Shown here in pieces: positions 1 through 7,369 of a stretch of DNA of 32,000 bases. Under the pieces are notes generated by a model. It was not told where the DNA came from, did not search any database, and saw only the letters and a program-made list of their open reading frames with translations. Numbering within the stretch: position 1 is the stretch's first letter; each line of letters starts with the position of its first letter. The position numbers were made by a program, and so were the translations under genes. Origin of the DNA: Propionibacteriaceae bacterium (lineage in GTDB: Bacteria > Actinomycetota > Actinomycetes > Propionibacteriales > Propionibacteriaceae); assembly GCA_031256725.1 (NCBI GenBank), contig JAIRQE010000025.1, positions 90,001 to 122,000 of the forward strand. The letters are read 5' to 3'.

Positions 1-57
1 GAGTCTTCCTGAGTCAACAGCAGAGTAGCGTGCCAAGATACGTCCCCTGATACGCGG

Positions 58-1791
58 TTAGGCGGCTAGTTCTTCCTCAGCTTTGGTGAGTTCCTCGTGT
101 TCCAGTTCGGTGTACGCGATCTTGCCGACTCTTGTTGTGGGAAGCTCGGTACGGAACTCGATCTCACGCGGTACTGCCCACTTGATGAGGTGCTTCTTGC
201 AATAGGTGATCAGCTCTTGACGGATGTCATCATTGCCGGTCGTACCGTCTCCAAGGAGTACAAACCCCTTGAGTGAGGACATTTGGTACTCATCGGGGAG
301 GCCGATCACGCAGGCGCGGTTCACCAACGGATGGGATTCAAGAACCTGTTCAACCTGGAGCGGATAGACCGAGACTCCAGAGACTTTGATGAGTCTCTTC
401 ATCCGACCCATGAAGTAGAAGTAGCCATCCTCATCCATCTTGCCGATGTCGCCGGTATGGAGCCAGGTTTGACCATCAGCATGGACACGCAGGGTCGAGG
501 CGGTGGCCTCAGGATCCTTGAGGTACCCCTTCATGACGGTCACCCCTGATACGCAGATCTCACCCTCGGTACCAATGGGAAGTTCCACGCCAGTATCCGT
601 GTCGGCAATCTTCAGAGTGAGCCCAGGGATCGGGATACCCATGGATTCGTTGCGATAGGCATTCCGTGGTGACAGGGCACATGCGGTGACACACTCGGTC
701 AGGCCATACCCCTCCAGGAGTTCAACCTTGCTGCCCTGAGCGGCGATGGCCTCATCGAAGCGTTTCTTAAGATCGGGGCTCAACATATCGCCACCACAGT
801 AGGCACCCTTGAGACAATCCAGTGGTGCCTTGCGGAACTTCGCATTACCGAGCAGTGCCTGGAAGAGGGTTGGTACCCCAGCTATAAACGATGGTTGATG
901 TTTGAGAACATTCTTCGTGTAAATGTCTGCAGAGAACTCAGGTACCAAGATGAAGTGTGCGCCGACACACAAGGCTGTGTGGATGCACAATCCCAAGCCA
1001 AACCCATGGAAGGCAGGCAGGATCGCCAAGACGGAGTCATTATGTGTGATGCCGGAGATGTACCCCATGGAGACACCCAAAGAATTGAAGTTTGCGGACG
1101 AGAGTTCGATGCCTTTGGGGAGGTTGGTGGTACCTCCGCTGAAGAGGACAACGCAGGCATCATTGGGCTCAATCGGGCGGGAGTACACTTCTTTGCCCAA
1201 GGTCTCCAAAGCGCTGGTCCCCACGGCAAGAAAGTCTTTCCAGTTGATGATCAACGGATCATTTGAGGGTACTGAGGGGATCTTGCGACCCTTGGTGACA
1301 GCAAAACCAACCTTCATCGGGCGACTGAGGTAATCCGAGAAACGCGCGATGACAACCTTCTCTAGACCCGTTTCCTCAGCCAGGTCACGGAAAACCGGGT
1401 AGAACATGTCAACGGTGACTGCCCACTTCGACTCAGTCTGAGTGATGTAGTGTTTCAGTTCTTCAGGGGATGACAAGGGATGTGTCATCGCTGCTGTTGC
1501 GCCGATCTTGTTGAGGGCATAGAAGCCAATAACTACGTTTGGCACATTGGGTAGGGAGAGTACGACCGAATCCCCAGTTTGGATCCCATGGGCCATAAAA
1601 GCTGCTGCGCATTTGTCGACCTCAGCCTTGAGATCTGCATAGGTCAGGCGCTTACCCATATAGATGATGGCGGTGGTATCGGGCCATTTCTTGGCTGAAT
1701 TCACCAGCATTTCGTAAAAGGTGGTGTCGGGTGCCTGAATCTCAGCTGGCATGTCATTGTAGAGCGACAGCCAAGGCTTAACGGTTGTCAT
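58..1791 (-). CDS. AMP-dependent acyl-CoA synthetase/ligase (fatty-acid--CoA ligase family)
   Basis: 577-aa ORF carrying the adenylate-forming enzyme motifs LFSGGTTNLPKG, GYGLTE and TGDIGKMDEDGYFYFMGRMKRLIKVSG. AGGAG lies just upstream of the ATG at 1791. Confidence 0.85.
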   Translation of the reverse strand: MTTVKPWLSLYNDMPAEIQAPDTTFYEMLVNSAKKWPDTTAIIYMGKRLTYADLKAEVDKCAAAFMAHGIQTGDSVVLSLPNVPNVVIGFYALNKIGATAAMTHPLSSPEELKHYITQTESKWAVTVDMFYPVFRDLAEETGLEKVVIARFSDYLSRPMKVGFAVTKGRKIPSVPSNDPLIINWKDFLAVGTSALETLGKEVYSRPIEPNDACVVLFSGGTTNLPKGIELSSANFNSLGVSMGYISGITHNDSVLAILPAFHGFGLGLCIHTALCVGAHFILVPEFSADIYTKNVLKHQPSFIAGVPTLFQALLGNAKFRKAPLDCLKGAYCGGDMLSPDLKKRFDEAIAAQGSKVELLEGYGLTECVTACALSPRNAYRNESMGIPIPGLTLKIADTDTGVELPIGTEGEICVSGVTVMKGYLKDPEATASTLRVHADGQTWLHTGDIGKMDEDGYFYFMGRMKRLIKVSGVSVYPLQVEQVLESHPLVNRACVIGLPDEYQMSSLKGFVLLGDGTTGNDDIRQELITYCKKHLIKWAVPREIEFRTELPTTRVGKIAYTELEHEELTKAEEELAA

Positions 1792-1875
1792 GGGACTCCT
1801 ATCGTTGAGGATAACGCAATCCCCCCCGAGATGGCATATTAAATATCGTAATTATGAAATTGTCGAGCGAGGGCT

Positions 1876-2727
1876 CTAGAGATCCTCAAGGAGTGAAGGA
1901 TCTCCAATGTACTTCTCCAGCAATTCCAGTGCACGAGCATCGTAGAACCCATCCGCGATTCGCTCATCTAGGGCGATCCGTAGATCCACTGTGCGACGTA
2001 CCGTTGGTTGGCCATCCTCGCCCACGACCACAGTCGGCTTGATCTTACCGATGGTAACAAAGAGCGAACATGTCCCCCACTCGAAGAGATGGTGGTACGG
2101 CGCACCAAGCCCCACACTCCCAAGATTCGCGAGATAGACACTGCAACGTAGCGGGTCAATCCCGCGAAGGAACCCAGGAGTATCGAAGTAGAAGTCGTAC
2201 CATTCTAACAGTCGGACTGCGAAGCGCAGGAGGAAACGAGGCAGCTTGAGGAACAGTGCCATAAGCTTTTCGTCGTCCTTAGCTTCACCCTTTTTGGCAG
2301 TACGAATCTCGCCAGTCAGCTTCTGGAGAGCCGTTGTACGATCATCCTCAGGTTTGATGGTGACAAGCACATTTGTTTCCGAAGAATCCTCCTCGAACTT
2401 GCGTCGCGCAATGAAGGAGAAGACAACATTTTTGCGTTGGTACATACGCCGACCGATGATGTACCTGTTGAGGGCGGGCCGTTCGCGCAGTACCTTCAAC
2501 AGCGACAGCAGGAAGGCCTGGAAAACAGAGATTTCTTTGTCGGTACCCTTGTTCTTTTCAATGTACTCCAGGAGGTTCTCAACCTCGATTGTGAAGGGGA
2601 AATAGGCGATTGAGTCGTTACGCCCTTTCATGAGGTAGGGGAATAGAGCATTCAAATCATGAGGCATCTCAACTCGGGTTGCATCGTAGCGATCCCCGCG
2701 GCGTTTGCGTACCTTATCTGAGCTCAT
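1876..2727 (-). CDS. Stand-alone CAT-fold acyltransferase resembling the catalytic domain of 2-oxoacid dehydrogenase E2 subunits
   Basis: 283-aa ORF. The C-terminal block LRIALDERIADGFYDARALELLEKYIGDPSLL aligns with the E2 active-site block DHRxxDG...L..P..LL about 30 aa from the C-terminus, but Glu occupies the His position. No lipoyl domain. GAAGGG RBS-like sequence upstream. Co-oriented with the ligase gene 84 nt downstream. Confidence 0.5.
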   Translation of the reverse strand: MSSDKVRKRRGDRYDATRVEMPHDLNALFPYLMKGRNDSIAYFPFTIEVENLLEYIEKNKGTDKEISVFQAFLLSLLKVLRERPALNRYIIGRRMYQRKNVVFSFIARRKFEEDSSETNVLVTIKPEDDRTTALQKLTGEIRTAKKGEAKDDEKLMALFLKLPRFLLRFAVRLLEWYDFYFDTPGFLRGIDPLRCSVYLANLGSVGLGAPYHHLFEWGTCSLFVTIGKIKPTVVVGEDGQPTVRRTVDLRIALDERIADGFYDARALELLEKYIGDPSLLEDL

Positions 2728-3111
2728 GGGTCTACCCTTCTTGTCGGCTTTTTAGATGATAGCCGATCTCGCCTGAGAGTTTGATAAGTACGTCCGAAAA
2801 TGGACGAAAATTAGGTGAAAATGATCACCCATCGAGGCATTTCTTGGCTTTGACTTCTGCCGGTTTCTCCTCGATACGACGCTCGGTTGTCCACTGTACT
2901 GAGGACCAGCCAGAACTCAGGTCAATCCACGTCCCAGTATTCTCACCCTGCTGGTCAAGGGGAGGAAGTCCTGGAACGTTGGTGAGACAGGCAGTCTTTT
3001 ACCCCCCCGAACCCCGTCGGTTCTGAAAGCGACAACCCACCATCATTGTGGCATATTTTCAGACGAAAGTTGAACCTTCCCTATCAAGGCGGCATGAATC
3101 AAGGCGACATG

Positions 3112-3149
3112 AAAAAATCCCTTGTCAAACCTTAGTTGACAAGGGATTC
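3112..3149 (-). terminator. Intrinsic terminator downstream of tRNA-Leu
   Basis: Minus-strand sequence is AATCCCTTGTCAA-CTAAGGT-TTGACAAGGGATT followed by TTTT: a 13-bp perfect stem, 7-nt loop and T-tract, starting 8 nt after the tRNA 3' end. Confidence 0.8.
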
Positions 3150-3156
3150 TTGCTTG

Positions 3157-3240
3157 TGCGCGCGAGAGGAGTTGAACCTCCACCCCGTTAACCGGGACTG
3201 GCACCTGAAGCCAGCGCGTCTGCCATTCCGCCACGCGCGC
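3157..3240 (-). tRNA. tRNA-Leu (anticodon CAG)
   Basis: 84-nt cloverleaf read by hand. Acceptor GCGCGCG/CGCGCGC plus discriminator A. Anticodon stem CTGGC/GCCAG with loop TTCAGGT (CAG). Long variable arm. T-arm GGAGG-TTCAACT-CCTCT. CCA is not encoded. Confidence 0.9.
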
Positions 3241-3395
3241 GCGTCTCACAGACTAGCACACGGCACCTGGGTCTATGAAACGAATGGATAAGGAATAGGT
3301 TTAGGATCAACCTCTTCCCACGGCCCGATGTTGCAGTCCTGGTGGTACATACCTGGATTTCGTTATTGGGGAATTCTCGTGCTAATGTACTTTCC

Positions 3396-3461
3396 ATGTT
3401 GCACCAAGACCTCTCTCCCGCCGCTACTGGCGTGGTCTTGATGTGTTGTCGAATGCTGTGA
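3396..3461 (+). CDS. Candidate leaderless regulatory sORF MLHQDLSPAATGVVLMCCRML upstream of metY-cysK-cysE
   Basis: 21-codon ORF with no SD. An extended -10-like TGcTAATGT (3380-3388) ends 7 nt before the ATG, which fits a leaderless transcript. The codons ATG TGT TGT CGA ATG (3441-3455) lie near its end. Its stop overlaps the 5' arm of a bulged helix (3458-3471 pairing with 3523-3533). Confidence 0.35.
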   Translation: MLHQDLSPAATGVVLMCCRML

Positions 3462-3595
3462 GGGCAGTGGGTGCAAAGCCGTGAGGCTCCTGTGCGTGCG
3501 TACTCCAGTTTAGAGTAGACGCCCCACTCTCACTGTCCTGAAGAAACGAACACGATTCATTCCACAAGGATTCTGACAACACTGAGGAGAACACC

Positions 3596-4879
3596 ATGAC
3601 TTATCGTCCAGAAACCCTCGCCGTTCATGCTGGCCAGGAGATTCCTGACCCAACAACCCATGCGCGCGCGGTACCCATCTATCAGACTGCATCCTATGTT
3701 TTCGAGGATACTGCTCATGCAGCTGACCTGTTTGCTTTGCGTACCCCTGGCAATATCTACACTCGCATCATGAACCCGACCACCGATGTTCTCGAAACTC
3801 GGGTGAATGCGCTGGAGGGCGGGGTGGGGGCCCTCGCTACAGCATCTGGGGCCTCTGCGGTGACCTATTCCGTACTCAACCTGTGTTATGCGGGGGACAA
3901 TGTTGTGGCCCTGTCAACGCTTTATGGTGGTACGTTCGCACTTCTTGCCCACACTCTTCCCCAATTCGGGATCGAGACTCGGTTTGTGGATCCATCGAAG
4001 CCTGAGGATCTCGCCAAGTATGTTGATGACAAGACGAAGCTCGTCTTCGGTGAGACCATCCCCAATCCAGCGGCCACCATCATCGATCTGAAGCGGTGGT
4101 CTGAGGCGGCTCATGCTCTCGGTCTTCCATTCATCGTTGACAACACAGTACCCACCCCGTATCTGTGCCGGGTCTTTGACCATGGTGTTGATGTTGCTGT
4201 CCATTCAGCAACCAAGTACCTCGGGGGTCATGGTACCTCCCTAGGTGGGGTCATCGTGGATTCAGGCACGTTCGATTGGTCTGCACACTCTGATCGCTTT
4301 TATGGTCTGACAAGGCCTGATGCCGCCTATCATGGAACTATATGGACGGAGGCTGCCGGTGAGGCAGCGTACATCATCCGCGCTCGTACAGTCCTGCTAA
4401 GGAACACAGGCGCAACCCTGTCACCCTTCAACTCGTGGCTGCTCAGTGTAGGTACGGAAACCCTGTCTTTGCGCATGGAGAGACACAGCGCCAATGCGCT
4501 CGCGGTGGCTAAGTATCTGGAAGACCACCCTGGTGTGTCATGGGTGAATTACATCGGCTTGGATTCCTCACCCTATAAGGCGCTCGCTGACAGCGTACTC
4601 ACAGGCAAAGGGTATTCCGGGATCCTGAGCTTCGGGCTGAAGGCTGGTCGTGCCGCTGGCGCTCGATTTATTGACTCCCTCAACCTCTTCTCCCATCTGG
4701 CGAATATTGGTGATACTAAGTCCCTTGCCATTCATCCGGCAACGACGACCCACTCCCAGTTGGAGGAAGACGAACTCGTGGAAGCTGGCGTCAAACCTGA
4801 AGCAGTACGACTCAGCATTGGTATAGAAAACGTGAATGACCTCATCGACGATCTGGATCAGGCATTCGCCCTACTCTAA
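3596..4879 (+). CDS. metY: O-acetylhomoserine (thiol)-lyase / sulfhydrylase, PLP-dependent
   Basis: 427 aa. N-terminus ETLAVHAGQ...PIYQTASYVF, NPTTDVLE, and the PLP-lysine motif HSATKYLGGHG. GAGGAG RBS 8 nt upstream. Confidence 0.9.
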   Translation: MTYRPETLAVHAGQEIPDPTTHARAVPIYQTASYVFEDTAHAADLFALRTPGNIYTRIMNPTTDVLETRVNALEGGVGALATASGASAVTYSVLNLCYAGDNVVALSTLYGGTFALLAHTLPQFGIETRFVDPSKPEDLAKYVDDKTKLVFGETIPNPAATIIDLKRWSEAAHALGLPFIVDNTVPTPYLCRVFDHGVDVAVHSATKYLGGHGTSLGGVIVDSGTFDWSAHSDRFYGLTRPDAAYHGTIWTEAAGEAAYIIRARTVLLRNTGATLSPFNSWLLSVGTETLSLRMERHSANALAVAKYLEDHPGVSWVNYIGLDSSPYKALADSVLTGKGYSGILSFGLKAGRAAGARFIDSLNLFSHLANIGDTKSLAIHPATTTHSQLEEDELVEAGVKPEAVRLSIGIENVNDLIDDLDQAFALL

Positions 4880-4922
4880 AAGATTTCATAAAACTCCAAC
4901 AACTAGAAATAAGGAAAGAAAA

Positions 4923-5846
4923 ATGACAATATATAGTGATGCCACCGCTCTGGTGGGACGTACCCCCCTGGTGAGGATCAACCGCCTCTTCAAGGATTCG
5001 AAGGCCACTGTGGTCGCCAAGCTGGAGTTCTACAACCCAGCTAGTTCAGTCAAAGACCGTATCGGTGTTGCCATCGTCGATGCAGCTGAAGCTGCCGGGG
5101 CACTCAAGCCAGGAGGTACCATCGTCGAAGGTACCTCAGGAAACACCGGGATCGCCCTGTCCTGGGTGGGCGCTGCGCGTGGGTATAAGGTGATCCTCGC
5201 CATGCCTGAGACCATGAGCGTGGAGCGTCGCGGTCTGTTGAAGGCTTTCGGTGCTGAGCTCGTACTCACCCCGGGCTCTGAAGGGATGAACGGCGCAGTC
5301 GCCAAGGCGGAACAGATCGTGGCAGAGACTCCGGGCGCGATCTTAGCCTCCCAGTTTGCCAACCAGGCCAACCCTGAGATCCATGCGCGTACCACTGCTC
5401 AAGAGATCTGGGCAGACACCGAAGGTGAGGTTGCCGCAGTTGTGTCCGGAATCGGGACCGGCGGTACCATCACTGGAGTCGGACGTACCCTCAAAGGTCT
5501 CAAGCCTGAGGTGAAGGTTTTCGGGGTCGAGCCCGCAGAATCACCACTGCTCACCGAAGGCAAGGCTGGACCACACAAGATCCAGGGAATCGGGGCCAAC
5601 TTTGTACCAGAAATCCTTGATCAAACCGTGATTGACGAGGTACTCGACATCGAATCTGCCACAGCAATCGAGTGGGCACAGAGGGCCGCCAAGGAGGAGG
5701 GACTCTTCGTAGGGATCTCCGCTGGTGCTGCTCTCGCGGGTGCTGCCAAGGTCGCCAGTTTGGAGGAGTTCGCGGGCAAGACTATCGTTGTGGTGATCCC
5801 TGACGCAGGGGATCGCTATCTGTCTACCGCACTTGTTGCCGACTGA
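4923..5846 (+). CDS. cysK: Cysteine synthase A (O-acetylserine sulfhydrylase)
   Basis: Start chosen at MTIYSD (AAGGA RBS upstream). Motifs [16 protein letters not shown]-lysine SVKDR, GTSGNTG and GIGTGGT. Confidence 0.9.
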   Translation: MTIYSDATALVGRTPLVRINRLFKDSKATVVAKLEFYNPASSVKDRIGVAIVDAAEAAGALKPGGTIVEGTSGNTGIALSWVGAARGYKVILAMPETMSVERRGLLKAFGAELVLTPGSEGMNGAVAKAEQIVAETPGAILASQFANQANPEIHARTTAQEIWADTEGEVAAVVSGIGTGGTITGVGRTLKGLKPEVKVFGVEPAESPLLTEGKAGPHKIQGIGANFVPEILDQTVIDEVLDIESATAIEWAQRAAKEEGLFVGISAGAALAGAAKVASLEEFAGKTIVVVIPDAGDRYLSTALVAD

Positions 5847-5856
5847 ACGGACTTGG

Positions 5857-6447
5857 ATGAAACACACAGGACATCGGGCGACCTGCCCGACCCACGGCCA
5901 ATCCCTGTTATGGAGGGTTGTACTACGGGTACGTGAGGACTTGTCGGCGGCAATGGAGGAAGACCCTGCTGCCACCTCCAAGATCCTCGTTGCCCTCACC
6001 TATCCAGGGGTACACGCTGTCTGGGCCTATCGGGTCGCCCATGTCATGTGGATGAAATCACCATTGTTGAAACCCTGGGCTCGAGTACTCTCGCAGATCG
6101 CCCGGTTTTTCACCGGGATAGAGATCCATCCCGGAGCGACCATCGGTCGACGTTTCTTCATCGATCACGGGATGGGGGTTGTGATCGGCGAGACTGCTGA
6201 GGTTGGCGACGATGTTCTGATGTACCACCAGGTCACCCTGGGCGGTCGCTCACGGGGTCGCTTCAAGCGACATCCAACGGTGGGCAACCGCGTCCTGCTT
6301 GGTGCAGGGGCGAAACTCATCGGTCCCATCACCGTTGGAGATGACGTCAAGATCGGTGCCAATGCTTTGGTTGTTGAAGACGTGCCTCCCGGTGAGGTCG
6401 TTGTCGGTATCCCTGGCAAACGAAAGATCGGTGACGTCATCGCTTAA
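5857..6447 (+). CDS. cysE: Serine O-acetyltransferase
   Basis: Left-handed beta-helix hexapeptide repeats: DPAA...[69 protein letters not shown]. The start is uncertain (ATG 5857 chosen; the ORF is open from 5833). Confidence 0.85.
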   Translation: MKHTGHRATCPTHGQSLLWRVVLRVREDLSAAMEEDPAATSKILVALTYPGVHAVWAYRVAHVMWMKSPLLKPWARVLSQIARFFTGIEIHPGATIGRRFFIDHGMGVVIGETAEVGDDVLMYHQVTLGGRSRGRFKRHPTVGNRVLLGAGAKLIGPITVGDDVKIGANALVVEDVPPGEVVVGIPGKRKIGDVIA

Positions 6448-6452
6448 CCCCG

Positions 6453-6488
6453 TCCTCCCGAACGGAGGAGTCATGTCCGGATGGACAT
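6453..6488 (+). terminator. Two short T-less hairpins immediately after cysE
   Basis: TCCTCC(6453-6458)/GGAGGA(6464-6469) and ATGTCC(6473-6478)/GGACAT(6483-6488). Neither has a T-tract. The first sequesters an SD-like GGAGGA and the second an ATG. Confidence 0.3.
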
Positions 6489-6568
6489 CACTGGTGAGCG
6501 TGTTTGGAATAGATGTACCTCACCCCCTGCGTCAGTACGCACCACAAAAGTACTACATCATTCCTTGA
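6473..6568 (+). CDS. Candidate sORF MSGWTSLVSVFGIDVPHPLRQYAPQKYYIIP containing repeat copy A
   Basis: ATG at 6473 is preceded by GGAGGA (6464-6469). The 31 codons overlap the 3' end of the convergent gene by 16 nt. Its centre is the conserved element shared with 8395-8432 and 21334-21371. Coding status is unproven. Confidence 0.3.
   Translation: MSGWTSLVSVFGIDVPHPLRQYAPQKYYIIP
6496..6533 (+). repeat. Conserved intergenic element, copy A
   Basis: Sequence GAGCGTGTTTGGAATAGATGTACCTCACCCCCTGCGTC. 29/34 identical to copy C and 26/29 identical to copy B over the core. Confidence 0.9.
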
Positions 6569-7272
6569 ATGATCTCGGCGACTTCGGTTACAGAGGTGGG
6601 GGATTGGGCTGCAATCGTGGGCCAGGCAAACTGGGCGTAGACCAGTTCGTCATTGCGGCGATGATCCACGAAGAGAGGACGGCTGGGGTCCATCAGATAA
6701 TAGTCAGCGACATCGGAATACTGGAAAATTCCGTCGCCAGTCACAGAGGCGGCCCACCCTTCAGAAGCTGGGGTGGCCAGGTAGAGAGCATTCGAGCCAT
6801 TGCGGAGTGCTTCAAGGGCGTCACAGATGGAGCATTTGAGTCCGATGGCGGGGCTCACTAGGAGTCTTGTCGTATCACCAGGCTTCAGATCGCCACGGAT
6901 AACCTCGTCAATCGAGATCGTCACGATGGAGGAATAGTCTTCCCAATCAGGGAAGCTGATCTTGATCGACTGGATGCCTATGATTCTTCCGCTGAAAATG
7001 TCCACACCGGTAAGGAGTTCGGTTTCTGTACGTTCCACCAAATCGAAGGCACTCTTGCCTCCGGTGGAGATAACTGAGGCCGAGGTGATTTTCACGCCAT
7101 GGGAATCGGTGAGAGGAATGGCACGTCCAGGGGCGAAGAAAATCAATCCTAAACCGACTACGACTGTCACAACTGTGGCCACAGTAATCCAGATTGACAT
7201 TGGTTTAGAGGCCTTGGGGGGTACTTCCTCAATGGGTGTCTCTGCTTGTACTGGCTTGTCTGATCTAGACAT
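6553..7272 (-). CDS. Hypothetical membrane-anchored (single N-terminal TM) extracytoplasmic protein
   Basis: 239-aa ORF. Charged N-terminus, then the TM segment MSIWITVATVVTVVVGLGLIFFA. I recognise no family motif. Confidence 0.55.
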   Translation of the reverse strand: MSRSDKPVQAETPIEEVPPKASKPMSIWITVATVVTVVVGLGLIFFAPGRAIPLTDSHGVKITSASVISTGGKSAFDLVERTETELLTGVDIFSGRIIGIQSIKISFPDWEDYSSIVTISIDEVIRGDLKPGDTTRLLVSPAIGLKCSICDALEALRNGSNALYLATPASEGWAASVTGDGIFQYSDVADYYLMDPSRPLFVDHRRNDELVYAQFAWPTIAAQSPTSVTEVAEIIQGMM

Positions 7273-7290
7273 GATGGCCTCCTGTGGTCA

Positions 7291-7322
7291 AGAAGAAAGG
7301 GACACCCGCTGGGGTATCCCTT
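7291..7322 (-). terminator. Terminator-like hairpin after the 7370-8221 gene
   Basis: Minus-strand sequence is AAGGGATACCCC-AGC-GGGTGTCCCTT followed by TCTTCTT: an imperfect GC-rich stem with one mismatch and a pyrimidine tail, about 48 nt after the stop. Confidence 0.5.
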
Positions 7323-7369
7323 CTCCAGGTTGTACCAATAACTCAGTTTAGCGAGCCAAAAGGTAACAC

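Noticed and set aside
2781-3026. 81-aa ORF in the gene-free region between the acyltransferase gene and tRNA-Leu, and similar small ORFs at 9028-9219, 9040-9195 and 13713-13943
   Set aside because: They have no RBS, non-ATG or poorly placed starts, and odd composition. They were treated as non-coding.
3400-3595. Possible SAM riboswitch (S-box or SAM-IV) upstream of metY
   Set aside because: I could not find the conserved cores I remember for these classes (for example GAGGGA...GGCCC...GCAACC, or the SAM-IV equivalents). The sORF/attenuator reading fits the sequence better. A covariance-model scan is still needed.
6504-6533. Reading the conserved element as an ECF-sigma promoter (GGAAYA ... 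CGTC)
   Set aside because: The spacer is about 19 nt, the -10-like part is GTC rather than GTT, and the spacer sequence itself is conserved, which promoters do not require. In addition, copy A points into the 3' end of a convergent gene with no downstream gene to drive.
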